Of a stretch of DNA of 64,000 bases, positions 1-14,213 are shown piece by piece. Within the stretch, counting starts at the first letter, position 1. Each line of letters starts with the position of its first letter. The notes beneath the pieces were generated by a model, which had not been told where the DNA came from, ran no database searches, and worked only from the letters and a program-made list of their open reading frames with translations. This stretch comes from Octopus sinensis (Eukaryota): contig NC_043001.1 in NCBI RefSeq assembly GCF_006345805.1, positions 77,190,001-77,254,000 on the forward strand, written 5' to 3'. The position numbers and the translations under genes were made by a program.

Positions 1-205
1 GAGTTGGCCTTCTAGTGCAGATTAAATTAGTAATGAACCACAATCCTTTACAAGCTATGACCCCAGTGGGCTTCATGCTATTCTTGGAAGTGTAGTTTAT
101 TCTTAGTTACAATAGCAACAACATGAATTTCTTCCATCTTGCTCTGTTAAAGTACTTGAGAAAAATTATATTAATGTATCCAACTGGTTAAAATTCTATT
201 TATTT

Positions 206-293
206 ATGCAGCTGAGGATTGCTCTGCATTTAACTTGATGTAATGATTGCATTGTTCAATTAAATGGAGTTGCTTGAAACAGTTGTACTGCAT
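206..293 (+). ncRNA. Type I hammerhead ribozyme motif, near intact (U-U at base of stem II)
   Basis: atgcag CTGAGGA [long stem II] GAAA C AGTT GTA ctgcat. Stem I is a perfect 6 bp. Confidence 0.7.
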
Positions 294-417
294 TACCTCT
301 GGATATTCTTGTTGCTTATTTTGATTATATGTATGTTTATATTATATATCTGTCTGTCTGCATGCATACATACAGACAGACAGACAGACAGACAGAGCAA
401 CAGGTTATCAAGAAGTG

Positions 418-505
418 ATGCAGTATGACCATTTCAAGCAACTCCATTTAATTGAACAATGCAATCATTATATCAAGTTAAATGCAGTGCTATCATCAGC
501 TGCAC
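418..505 (-). ncRNA. Type I hammerhead motif, inverted copy of 206-293
   Basis: Minus strand reads gtgcag CTGATGA tagc...gctt GAAA T GGTC ATA ctgcat. Confidence 0.65.
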
Positions 506-1404
506 AAAGATACACACACATGCGCACACACAAATATTTATATGTTTCTATGGATGTAGTAAAACCATCTCGCATAGACTTAAGTAACTGAAAAGTATCT
601 ATTTACGATCAAGAAAGATAACAACTTATAAGGGATAAGAGGTTAATAGGTTATGCACATATATGCATATATACACATATACAAATATTTATACGTTTAT
701 ATGGATATAGTATAACCATCTCGCATAGACCTAAGTAGCTGAAAAATATCTATCTAAGAACAGTAATAACTTATAAGGGATAAGAGGTTAATAGGTAAGG
801 ATATCAAAATAAGAAAACAAAATAATAAGAAATATATATAAACTACATTTAAAGAGACAGGGTATTAAAATTTGAGGTAGGGAAGAGATAAAGGTAACCC
901 CAAAAGAGGAGGTAGGAGGTATGGGTGTAGTGAGGGCAGTTAGAAGTATTCAGACCGAAGAGATTTTATAAGTTGGAATGTTACAGCTGCTATTTTATAT
1001 ATGATTTTATAGTTTCTAGTGGGTATATATATATGTAATGACTTTTATATAAGTAAGTCTCCTAATTATTCTTAAATGAGATACCACAAGCAGTCATGTA
1101 GAACTCACACTGAAACCAAAACAATAAGGATTAAAGTGAAAGAAAAACTTGATTATTTGCTTCATAACTAAGCATAATGAGGCAGCAATACAGTCTAATC
1201 ACCACTGATGTCTTATAAATGCTCAGAATTTATTGAAAGCCAAGAGTGCTATGCAACCTTACCCATATTCAGACAAGTTTTGCATAAGAATACAAACATG
1301 GATTCAGTGATTACCTATTTTTAAAAATTGCTTGAAAGTGAATTCACTTTAGTTATTTATGCATAAAAGTATATTTAAATATGATATGGGAAATTAGAAA
1401 TATT

Positions 1405-1695
1405 AAATTTCTCAATATCTCAGAGAGATATTAGCGGTGGTGGAACGATAGAGCGGTTGTATACTGCCAACTGCATCCAGAGGCATGACATGCTTCTGAG
1501 TCTTGCTCGTGGTCAGTCTGGAGTAGCAAGGCCTGCTAGCTGAAGATACCTGTCTAGGCCTTGTAAACATAAGGACACAGGAAATGTGTCAAGGCCGACA
1601 ACAGGAAGTGTTGATGCTTCCTAGGGCTAAATAGCGGTGGTGTAATTCCCTCTATGGGACTGTCACATTAAGTTGGCAGTATACAACCGCTATAT
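1405..1695 (+). mobile_element. Head-to-head inverted element with a decayed hammerhead-like motif at 1557-1596
   Basis: Starts tagaaatatt like the 365-bp unit. Has a 21-bp inverted repeat (1452-1472 / 1671-1691) and ggcc TTGTAAA...GAAAtgtGTC aaggcc. Confidence 0.4.
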
Positions 1696-1832
1696 AGGAA
1701 ATTGTTTTTGAGGAAAAAAAAATTTTAATGTTGTATCTCTAATGTACGTATGTATACATACACATGATATAGTTATGATGAAGCCTTTAAATGTTTATGC
1801 TTTTCAGTTCTGTATTCTTTTCTCTTTGACAG

Positions 1833-1925
1833 ATGTTTCGTCTGCTGCTCGGTCCTATTCTGAAGCCTTGGTGAAGATAGGTCAAACTGCTATAAATAGA
1901 TCTACAGGACCCACACAAAATATTG
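1833..1925 (+). CDS. BAIAP2-like: Exon a (IMD): (D)[31 protein letters not shown]
   Basis: Acceptor tctctttgacAG, donor GTatag, phase 1-1. Matches IRSp53 GVTYAAKGYFDALVKMGELA. Confidence 0.9.
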
Positions 1926-3110
1926 GTATAGTAAATTTTATTGGTTGCATTCTTGTATTCTTTTATTGGTTTAATCCAGTGTTTTTCAACCATTTTTTTT
2001 ATCTTTGATTTCTATTTTGCTCAGATGGACCTGCCTAGTCATTCAATCTTTAAAAAAATCCTATTGTAGGCATAGGAGTGGCTGTGTGGTAAGTAGCTTG
2101 CTTACGAACCACATGGTTAGGGGTTCAGTCCCACTGCGTGGCACCTTGGGCAAGTGTCTTCTACTATAGGCTCGGGCAGACCAAAGCCTTGTAAGTGGAT
2201 TTGGTAGACGGAAACTGAAAGAAACCCGTTGTATATATATGTGTGCGTATATGATTGTGTGTCTGTGTTTGTCCCCCCAACATTGCTTGACAACCAATGC
2301 TGGTGTGTTTACATCCCTGTAACTTAGCAGTTCGGCAAAAAAGACTGATAGAATAAGTACTAGGCTTACAAAGAATAAGTCCTGGGGTCAATTTGCTCGA
2401 CTAAAGGTGGTGCTCCAGCATGGCCACAGTCAAATGACTGAAACAAGTAAAAGAGTATTTTTATAGTTAACTACTATTAGGAATTGTATAAAAATAAGCC
2501 AAGTGAAATTGTAGTTGTGGATGATGCCAGTGATGCGTAACTGGCACCCATACTGGTGGCTGGTGGCACGTAAAAGGCACCCTTCAAACTTTGGGTCACA
2601 TGGAGACAGTGACAAGTGACTAAGACCTTTGGCAATATACCTTGCTTGAGAAGCCAAGTGAGATTGTAGTCATGGCTGATGCCAGTGTTTCATAATTGGC
2701 ACCTGTGCTGGTGGCACGTAAAAAGCACCCACTACATTCTTGGAGTAGTTGGTGTTAGGAAGGGCATCCAGCTGTAGAAACTTGTCAGATCAGATTAGAA
2801 CTTGGTGCAGCTCCCTGGCATATCAGTTTTCAGTCAAACCATTCATGGAAAACAGACATTAAATGATTATTAATACTATTATTACAGAGATGTACTTGCA
2901 TAGCAAGTGATTTGATCTGAGATCGTGTGCTGAAACGAAAACAATTGCAGCGTGGAAGGTGTTTGTAAGCCATTTAAGAAACACACAATGCAGCACGGAT
3001 TTTTGTCAGTGAACAGGTCGCGGTCTTAAAGCGACGAAAATATTTTGACAAATTAAACTTAAATGTTGAAGTGAATCGAACGGCTTTTGTGTGTTTCTTA
3101 AATATTATTA

Positions 3111-3162
<52 letters not shown>

Positions 3163-3218
3163 CATTATTATTATTATTATTATCATTATTATTATTATCA
3201 TTATTATTATTATTATTA

Positions 3219-3252
<34 letters not shown>

Positions 3253-3317
3253 CATTATTATTATTATTATTATCATTATTATTATCATTATTGTTATTAT
3301 TATCATTATTATTATTA

Positions 3318-3390
<73 letters not shown>

Positions 3391-6300
3391 CATTATTATT
3401 ATTATCATTATTATTATTATTAAAATATTTTGAGTATTGTAGAAATATAACCAATATATATAATGGAGATAAATTTTAACTACAAAATCTTATATGGGCC
3501 CCCAAAGGTTATATAGACCCTAGTTTAGAACCACTGGTTTAATCCATTGGATTGAAACCATACAGGGTCACTGCATTGCATGGGGCTCTTGTCTTGTCTC
3601 ATAATGGCATTCACTTGGGAGGGGTTAAACCAGCTCGATTTGGGTTTATGTGTGAGTTCATAGGAATTTCAAGGGATGATCAAAGTTCTTGCAAACAGTT
3701 CCTGTCTGTATTTGTAAGCCACTGTGCATGCCTGGTGGCAGGTCATCCTTGTGTTATGCCTTCTTGCTGCTGGATAGCTGCTGATGTGATCCAATGCCTC
3801 CAGGAAACTGCTAGATTCTGGAACAGATGCTGCCTGGAATACACCATTATCTTCCAGTTAGCTGGGTTGTGGCCCCAGCATTGCTGGTATCAGACCTGTT
3901 TGCCTTGGGTGATCCTACTAGGGACTCGAAGTCCCCAATAACATAGCTCTGGCACACATTCGTTTAACCTTCCCACCTTGATGGGGTCAAGGGTTGGATT
4001 TTGCGGAAGGTGTGTGTGGGGCACAGCTTCATTTTACTAAATTTATGTCTCTTTACGGATACAACCCTTTCATTACTGTATTTATTTTGAGATGCTCTGT
4101 GTTTCTTTCAATTACTTTAAATATAACAAAGAATTTAGTAAAATAACTTAGTTATCATTCAACTAGTGTTAGGAACATAAATTGTGACTAAGGTTTGGTG
4201 GAAGATTTTAATTCAAAACTTACGAAAACAAGACATTTGTACTCAGAGCCAGAGCTGGTTTCAGCCGGGTTGGTAACGAAAGGGTTAAACTGGCCATATC
4301 TGGCCCAAACATTCTAGGAAGATTAGGCCTCTCCAAATTGGTCAGATGAATCAAAATCAAGCTGTTCATTGCAACTGTTGAATCAGTGCTATTATATGGC
4401 AGTGAAACCTCTTCTATCACCTCTGTCTACATCGCATCACTTTGTCTCCATCAATTCAGTGTGACACCAGTGCAAAATCACCTCCCTCTGACAAGTCATC
4501 CTAACAAGACGTCTGCATTGGCTGGTCATGCCCTCTGTTGTCAACCAGGAGAATTCATCTATGAAGCAATTGCCCCAGCTCCCCTTCAGGGTTGGTGAAA
4601 GTAATGTGGTGGACAACGAAAAACCTGGCTGATGACAGTCAAGGTTGATCTGGAACCCAACCATGGCTACGGCATTTGCCGCTGGAATAAGGAGTGGTTG
4701 GAGATCACATGGTCATTAGCCTCAAATCACCAGGCCTGGTCGGCACTTGTGAGAGATGCCACAATGAGGATGAATGAAGCCAGCTCAACCCACCCCGGTG
4801 AATGCTGTCTCATGACAAGACAAGAAGTAAAACATGGATACTGAGAAGGAAATTATCAAACAGGCTAAATGGATGCTACACAAAGATGTTACGAATGGTC
4901 CTAAATGTGAAACGGCAGCAACATATGACAAATGAATGCCTTTATGGAGACCTGCCGAAAGTTAGCGAAAAGATCAGGCAAAGATGGCTGCTACTATCTG
5001 GACACTGCATGTGCCACCCTGAACTGGAAGCGTCTGAATTAAACTTGTGGAACCCACTTCATGGAAAATATCATGATACACTGACAACTTGATCAGAAAC
5101 ACTGGCCTGGAATGTATCCAGGACCTTGAGGCAGTATGTTGGACCGAGAAGTGTGGTGGGTAGTCTTTGTTGCTGTAGCCTTGGCTGGAACCCAGCCATA
5201 AAAACAAAATAAGGCTTCTCACATGTATCCTGCAATGTCATTCTAAAAATAAAACAATCACATCATTGGAATCTTGAAGCTATAAGATAATGTGTAATTG
5301 ATTCAAAATAATGTTAATTAATATTAATACTTATCGCCAAGCTAATATGGTAGTCCAGAAATATAGGACGAATGCTGCCATTGATTAGTTCCAAGAGGCC
5401 ATCACCTCTAGCTAGGTATGTGACACATGAACCTGTGTCCATTATAACCTTCGAACAGGGGAGGTCAGCCATTTCCCCTTGTTGGTCAGGCATCTGCAGA
5501 TTAGTTTCAGGGTATTTGCCCTTTATCAATGCAGAGCAGCCGAACCCAGCAGGCATCACTACTGACTGTCTGTTCAAAGGATTATTTACCTAAATTCAGC
5601 ATTCGTCCTATATTTCTCGACTGCCATATTAGCTTGGCGATAACTATTAATATCCAGTGCCACTGCTGTAGTCTCCTTTAGAGAGACTTAGAAATATTAA
5701 TATTTCTAATGTTAATTAAGCGTTACATTTGATGGAGCAATCTGAATGCTAAGGGATGATTAAACCAGCCACATCCAGCCCAAACAGTCTGCCTGTTTTA
5801 TGTTCAAACAAGTCAGATCTGGCCTCTCACACCTACCCAACAATGTCATTTAAAAAATAAACAATCATATCATCAAAATGTTGAAGCTATGAGATAAAGA
5901 ATGATAAATTTAAAACAATGTGAATGAATATTACATTTGATGAAGTTATCTGATTGCTAAAGGATTAAATATGACAAAGTATATACACAGATTTTACAAG
6001 CACGTGTGTGTGATATTGCCAGTATTTCTGTGTGTGTGTCTCATATCTACATTATATGTGCGTATGCAATAGCTACACATATACATGTGAATATGTGTGT
6101 GTTTGCACAATATCTATACTATATATGTGTATGATATCTGCAGTGTATGTTGGGTATCTATAGTATGCATATGTGCATGTGTGTGATATCTATGGTATAC
6201 GTTTGTATATGTGTGTGTGTGTCATATCCTCTGTATATGTGTGATATCTACAGTGTGTGTGTTGGATGTGTATAGTATGCATGCGTATGATGTCTACAGT

Positions 6301-9300
6301 AAATGTGTGTATATATCCGTCTGATATCTACAGTGTGTGTGTGTATACATATGTATATATATATTTCTTTATTGCCCACAAGGGGCTAAACATAGAGGGG
6401 ACAAACAAGGACAGACAAATGGATGAAATCGATTACATCACCCCCCAGTGCATAATTGGTACTTATTTAATCAACCCCGAAAGGATGAAAGGCGAAGTCG
6501 ACCTCGGCGGAATTTGAACTCAGAATGTAGCGGCATGATGATGACTGCCTTGTTGTAATACACAAACACACACACACACACACGCGTGGTTTGTACACCC
6601 GTGTCTATAAAGAGATTTTCTCGCAGGTGAAAATCACATATTATGTTTACACTGATGTATATACATTAAATATAGTATACAGATAGCTATTCTAATGAAT
6701 GATTAATTTCACAAATGAATGCTATTAGATTATAATGAATCTTATTAAATTACTGTTTTAGTCTGAGAACTTAAACTAAATTATTGTTTGCATGTAATAC
6801 AGGAAGTTCTGGTCTTGCTCCAAGTAACCAAAGCAATACCTATCACTGAAGAGGTGAAATCGCACTGAAACAATGTGTTTGGTAGTCTGCTGATATCACT
6901 TGAAGCTTGGCTTAATGTGTTTTTAGACACAAATTCTACAAAGAGACAATTTTCCTTCCATGACAACAAAATTCCATAGCATATTCCTTTCATATTTTAG
7001 TGTAGAGTAACATGTTAAAAATAAACGTACACATTTTTTATTTTGATCCTAACTGCTTCATGTGTGCATAAATCATCATCATCATTATCAGCAGTACATC
7101 TGTTTTTCTATGCTTGCATCAATTGCATGAGTTCTTTTTGTCTGTCTGTCTTTGTTTTCTCCTCTTCCTCCTATTCCTTAAATTGTGATGTATTTCTTTT
7201 TCTCTTTACCTCCTATTTTCTCCTGCTTTTCTTTTTTATTCTCTTTTCTCCTTTCTGTTTTTCTCTCCTCAATCTATCTGTATATCTATATGTGTGTGTC
7301 TGTCTCTGTCTGTCTCTCTTTATCCCCCCTCCCCCGTCTTTACTTCTCTACTTCACAATTTTTTCTCTCCTTGTCTCCTTTCTCTCTCTCTATTTAACTT
7401 TCCTTTGTATCTTACATTTTCTCCTTATTTTCTCTCTTTCCATTTCTTTCTTTCTTTCTCCTCTCTGCCTCATCTCTCTCCCCCATTTCTCTTCTCTTTC
7501 TTCCCCCATTTCTCTCTCCCCCCATTTTTCTCTCTCTCCCCAATTTCTCTTCTCTCTCTCCCCTCTCCCTCTTCTTCCATCTCTCTCTCTCTCTCTCTTT
7601 CTCTCACACCCTCCCTTTTTCTACTACCTGCATCCCACCCAAAACTCCGAGCCTGTCATCCTATTTACCCAACCTTCAGAATAAAGTCAGATAATCCCTG
7701 TCTGCTTCTCACCCCTCCCCCACCACCACTTCTGCCTTACCACAGCCTCTTCTACCTCCAACCCCTACCAGCACAACTACCACTTTCAGGGCCATTACCC
7801 CTGACCTTACCACCCCAATCATCAAATCCCCTACCCACTAACACCAACACCCCCATCCCCCCACCATTGTGTTTGGAGAATATAGCCTTTTTCATAGTTT
7901 ATTTTTTTATTCCTCACATTCATGTCTGTGCTTTCTGGAAATTGTTTTTTTAAGGACCAAGCTTGGGGAACAAATATGGTTCAGTGGATTAGTCTAGTGT
8001 ATGTAGTTATAATCTGGGGCCAATTGGGGATTTGTGCATTTTTATTTTATTAAAACGTTTTGAAGGAAGCAAGGTTGTTTGACTATTTGCTATTTCCTCC
8101 TCCTCCTCCTCATCATCATCATCATCCTTTCTACTATAGGCACAAGGCCTGAAATTGCAGGATGATTGAAGTTTGGTAGTAATAATGTTAATAATAATAA
8201 TAATTTCAAATTTTGGCACAAGGCCAGTAATTTTGGGAGAAGGGTGGGTGTAGCAGGTACTTATTTTATTGATCCTGAAAGGATGGAAGGCAAAGTTGAC
8301 CTTGGCGGAATTTGAACTCAGAATGTAATGACAGTCGAAATGCCTCTTGGAGTTTTGTCTGGCATGTTAATGATTCTGATAGCTTGCTACCTTAATGATG
8401 ATAATAATGATGATAATAATAATAATAATATTAATAATCTTTTCTACTATAGGCACAGGGCTTGAAATTTTTGGGGAGGGGGCTAGTCAATTACATTGAC
8501 CCCAGTGGGTAACTGGTACTTGTTTCATCAACCCTGAAAGGTTAGAGCAAAGTTTGACCTCAGCGGAATTTGAACTCAGAACTTAAATTTTGATGAAATG
8601 ACGCAAAGCATTTTGCTTAGTGTGCTAATGATTATACCAGCTCGCCGCTTTAAATAATAATAATAATGATAGTAATATTGGTTATAAATTTTGGCACAAA
8701 GCCAGAAAGTTCAGGAGAAGGGTTAAGTCAATGCCAGTGCTCAATTGGCATTTATTTTATCAACCCTGAAAGATTGAAAAGCAAATTTGACTTTGGTGGT
8801 GCTGGTTGTTTATTTTCTTGTGTGTTCCATTTCTGACCTTATTTTCTCTATCTTCTACAGGTGCAGCACTCAATGATATTTCCCAGATTTATAAACAACT
8901 TGAAATACAAACTGAAGAGAAAGTAAGTCTCCATTTTTGTTATATTTCCAGCCACTGAATAGCTGGTGTTTAACTGAGAATCATCATCATCATTGTTTTA
9001 AAATCCATTTTTCTATGGCTGGATGGAGTTTAACAAAGCAGATTTTGCTCTTTCTGTCTCCAACCTGCATCTGTTAATATTTCTCCCATGGCCAAACATA
9101 TTTTTGCAGAATATGAGAGATGAATGATACTGCTTATATGACAGCGACATTCCTTTACAGCAATCATGCAATGCCAAAGCAAGGAAACACAAACATACAT
9201 ACTCATATACATACTCACACACACACACACACACAGTTGTCTCTAAAGCATTGCTAGAGATAAGAGTCAAAACAACTCTTAGCCATGTGAGAACACTTTA

Positions 9301-12300
9301 CTTACTAGCACCCTCTGTTACTTTACTGACAACTGTACTTGTTGCCTATCAGTTCTAAATTGCAAATAACCACCTTAATAATTTATATATTACACACACA
9401 CTTACACACTGAGTGGGTACTACTACTTCACTAGCCATGACAGACGGAAAGGATTCACCTGAAACCATGGATTTGAGTTTATGAAAACAATATTTATATA
9501 TCACCTGAGGAAACAACTAGATCTCATAATGCAAGGGTTGGGAGAACTATGTTGCATGGAAACAATTGTAGTGATTACAAATAAATTTTCCTCTGTACTC
9601 CTTGTTGATTCCAACTTATTCAATTATCCATTCACACACTACAGAAGTTCCAGTGCAAATCTGGCAGTTCATATAATTCTACTGCTGGATAGCACTGGAT
9701 GAAATCTGAAGGTGGACTAGCTTCATACTGTACTCTGCTGCATTTGTAACAGAATATAACCTAAGTTATAATGAATGATCATAGGATTGCACCTAGAAAG
9801 TTCCCCTCTGAGGCACAACTCCAGGCAAGGTTGTTTATGGAAGATAAGTGGTTGCCTATGCATACCAACCTCCTCTCTCCATGTTACCAGTAGTATCCAA
9901 GAAAAAGGCAAAGGCTGATACAGCTTGGCACCAGTGATGTCACAACTCATTCCTACAGCTGAGTGAACTGGAGCAATGTGAAATAAAGTATCTTGCTCAA
10001 GAAAACAGCTCACAGCCCAGTCTGGGAATTGAACTCACTATCTCACGATTGTGAGCCCTATTCTGTAACCCATGAGCCATGCACCACAACAGGCTTCTTG
10101 TCACCCAGCTTAAAACCATCATTTGATCCTTGGGTACCTTTAACAAGTCAACTCAATTGTTACCCACTTTAACACCACCACCTGGTGCTTGAGTAGAGTC
10201 CACTCTGTTAGAAATATTTATGGCAGGTGTTTAATTACATAAGAACTCCTGCTCTTTGGCTTACCTGTCTTAGAGGACATGAGAAAACATCTACTGTTCT
10301 CTCTCCTGCCCTCCCTTCTCCACTTTCTTTCAAGAAAACAAAAATTGTATCTGTTTCATATGTTGTTTTATTGTAGATGAAAAGTCTGATGCAGGATATA
10401 TCATTTCCTCTGGAGAATAAACTGGAATCAGATATGAAGAACATTCCGGTAAGTTGGTGTTATTTAATGACTTATTTAACAGCATATTTTAATGATATTG
10501 TTTAATGGTATTATTTAGTAGCATTGTTTAATGACATTACTTAATGATGTTATCAATGGTGTTATTTAATTACATTATTTAATGATGATATTTAATGCCA
10601 TTGAAGATGACAAGCTGGCAGAATTGTTAGCACTCAGGACAAAATGTGGTCAAACTAAAGTGCTTGACCTGAGCAAAAGAAAAAATAGTACAATAAGTGT
10701 AGAACAACATGTAGTAAACAAATATGAAGCAAAAAATGCGCGCTAGTGAACGAGTGCAGGGAAGAGGACTTGGAAACTTCACATCAGGAATGTTCTGAGT
10801 CCTTTCACCACTTTCCCGACTGTTGGCGAAATTTTTTTCTTCATATTTGTTTACTACACATTATTTTACACCTAGCAGACTATTTTTTTTTCCTAATTTT
10901 TATGATGGGAGGTGGATGGGGTGCGAACTTGGATAATTCATATGATCCAGTAACCCCACTTTGACACCCAGTCACAAAAATGAAAAAAACAGTAGTGTAA
11001 AAGGTGTAAGACAACATGTAGTAAACGAATATGAAAAAAAAAATGTGCGCTGGTGAACAGGGGTGGGGCAAGGGAGAGGACATGGAAAATTCAGACCTTG
11101 ACCTTTAAACTCCAGGGTTTGACCTGAGCCAAAAAAAAATAGTGTAATAGGTGTAGAACAACATGTAGTAAACGAATATGAGAAAAACAATGCGCACTGG
11201 CAAATGGGGTGGTGGTGGCGGCATGTAAAAGCACCCACTACACTCTTGGAGTGGTTGGCGTTAGGAAGGGCACCTTGCTGTAGAAACTCTGCCAGATCAA
11301 GATTGGAACCTGTACAGCCATCTGGTTTGCCAGTCCTCAGTCAAATCATCCAACCCATGCTAGCATGGAAAGCGGACGTTAAATGATGATGATGAGGATA
11401 TGACTAGTTTAACCCTTTAGCATTCAGATTACTCTGCCAAATGTAAATCTTAATTATGTTGTATAGAATAACGCATTATCTTGTAGCTTCAAAATTTCAA
11501 TGATGTGATTGTTTATTTCTATAATGGCACTACGGTAGCTGTGTGACATTAGATCTGGCTATTCTGAACATAAAACGGGTGGAATTTTTAGGCTGGATAA
11601 GGTGGTGAGGTGGCAGGTTGGGTAAAATGCTAAGTGGCATTTTGTCCATTAAGGTGGCGAGCTGGCAGAAACATTAGCACGCTGGGCCAAATGCTTAGCA
11701 GTATTTCGTCTGTCGTTATGTTCTGAGTTCAAATTCCGCCAAGGTCGACTTTGCCTTTCATCCTTTCGGGGTCGATTAAATAAGTACCAGTTTCGCACTG
11801 GGTCGATGTAATCGACTTAATCCCTTTTTCTGTCCTTGTTTGTCCTCTCTGTGTTTAGCCCCTTGTGGGTAGTAAAGAAATATAAAAAAAAAAAAAAAAA
11901 AACTGAGGCGGCGAGCTGGCAGACACGTTAGCACGCCGGGTGAAATGCTTAGTGGTATTTCGTTTGCCACTACGTTCTGAGTTCAAATTCCGCCGAGGTC
12001 AGCTTTGCCTTTCATCCTTTCGGGGTCGATTAAATAAGTACCAGTTACGCACTGGGGGCGATATAATCGACTTAATCCCTTTGTCTGTCCTTGTTTGTCC
12101 TCTCTGTGTTTAGCCCCTTGTGGGTAGTAAAGAAATAGGCATTTTGTCCATCTTGATGTTCTGAGTTCAAATTCCGCTGAGGTTGACTTTGCTCTTCATC
12201 CTCTTGAGGTTGATGAAATAAGTACCAGTTAAGTATTGGGGTCAATGTAATTGACTTTTCCCCTCCCTTGAAATTGGTGGCCTTCTGCCAAAATTTGAAA

Positions 12301-13252
12301 CCAATATTTAGGCAGGATGTGTTTGGTTTACATGCTATAAAGGTTAAAGCTGTTACAGCTTGTTTCTCTTTCAAAGTTTTCTCCCCTTGCTTTTTTCTTC
12401 TTGGGCTCATCTGTAAAGCAGTAGAGTAGTTTAGAGAGCCACAATCCCTGTAAACATGCAGACACTCATACACAGGGGTGTGCAGGTGGTGCAAGCGCAC
12501 CCCCTAGAATTTTTGCGGAGTGCAGAACCAAAATTTACAGCCCTACTTATTTTTCTCAGGTTTAGAATACGGTAAATAAAACGTGATGTGTAAAAAGTAG
12601 CTTGAACTTCGGTTCCTTCTCAAAGAACAAAACACAAAAATAACAAAAAAAAAAAAGACCTTGTTTGTAAATATTTTTGGACCTGGGTTTGCACTCCCTA
12701 AGCAAATTTCATTCCTGAGCCAGTGTACACATGTACACTCAAGCACATATGTACACATGTATATATACACACCGAGTGCTGTACAATTTAGTGACTTGCT
12801 TACTATTTTATTCCAGTCTTCATTGAAGAAATACAACCAAGAACATAAAGCCATAGTAGTTCCCTTCGAGAAGGCTCAAAACACACTCAGTAAAATGCAG
12901 AAGAAGAAGACTCGCTCAAAATTTAGTGATAAAGAAGCTGAGGTAAGTCTTTCTGTTAGTTTTCCTCTTTCTTTTTCGTGTCTTTGTATTTAAATCTTCA
13001 CATATTCATAATGTATGTGATGATGATGATGATGATTTGATGTTGATGATGTTTGTACATTAGTAATGTATGTGTGTGTGTGTATAAGGTAGTGATGATA
13101 GGAGTGTATGTGTGTATAATGGTGGTGTGTGTATGTGTGAGATAGTGATGATGGGTGTGTGTATGTGTGTGTGTGAGAGAGAGAGGAAGGAAAAGGGATA
13201 ATGGCAAAGGCAACGTGTGGTGATGGCAATGTGTGTGTATGATGTTGGTGTG

Positions 13253-13297
<45 letters not shown>

Positions 13298-14171
13298 TGA
13301 TGATGGTGTGAGTGTGTGTGTGTTTGTGAGAGGTTGTGTTGGTGGTGGTGATGACTACACCATTACCACAATCACCACTACCACCACCACAACCAATACC
13401 ATAGCAACCACTATTACTATCCTTTACTCACCCCACCATTTCTCTGTATTTTTGTCTCTTCATTTTGCAGTATGCTCAAACAATCAGCAAAGCCCAGATG
13501 AAACTTCATGACCACAGAGTATCTGGTTTACAAAAGGTAAGCATGTCTTCGGTCAGTCATTCATTCATTCATCCATTCAGTTATTCATAATGACTGAACC
13601 ATGTAAAATATATCCATGATATATTTTACTACTGTTACATTACTCTGTGTGAGTGTGTGCATGTGTTTGACTTGCTTGTCTTCATGTTTTTGTTGTAGTC
13701 TGAATTTCATTGTCTTTGTATATATTCAGTGGTTTAAGGATGTAGCCATTGGATATGATATAATTGACTAAATAGGTGCAGCAGTGGCTGTATGGTAAGT
13801 AGCTTGCTTACTAGCCACATGGTTCTAGGTTCAGTCCCACTGCGTGGCACCTTGGGCAAGTGTCTCCTACTATAGCCTCGGGCCAACCAAAGCCTTGTGA
13901 GTTGATTTGGTAGACAGAAACTGAAAGCTGGCAGAAACGTTAGCATGCCGGGTGAAATGCTTAGTGGTATTTCGTCTGTTGTTATGTTCTGAGCTCAAAT
14001 TCTGCCGAGGTCGACTTTGCCTTTCAATCTTTCAGGATCGATAAATTAAGTACTAGTTATGCACTGGGGTCAATGTAATCAACTTAATCCCTTTGTCTGT
14101 CCTTGTTTGTCCCCCTCTATGTTTGGCCCCTTGTGGACAATAACGAAATAAGAAACTGAAAGAAGCCCATC

Positions 14172-14213
<42 letters not shown>

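Noticed and set aside
1452-1691. MITE with 21-bp TIRs (similarly 5321-5651)
   Set aside because: Homologous sequence continues beyond one 'TIR'. A retrozyme or PLE-type partial inversion explains it better, though this is less certain for the 1405-1695 element.
1-1832. First two IMD exons (FNP-containing)
   Set aside because: No matching frame with splice sites was found. They are presumably upstream of the window.
2290-2400. HDV-like ribozyme in the SINE B 3' half or in family E
   Set aside because: Some helices are possible, but I could not complete P1, P1.1, P2 and the catalytic C by eye. It needs a descriptor search.
2974-3479. Long poly-I/Y/N/L ORFs, and similar ORFs at 22729-23470, 40569-41099, 44986-45890 and 58166-58465
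   Set aside because: They are stop-free frames of microsatellites with no splice or domain support.
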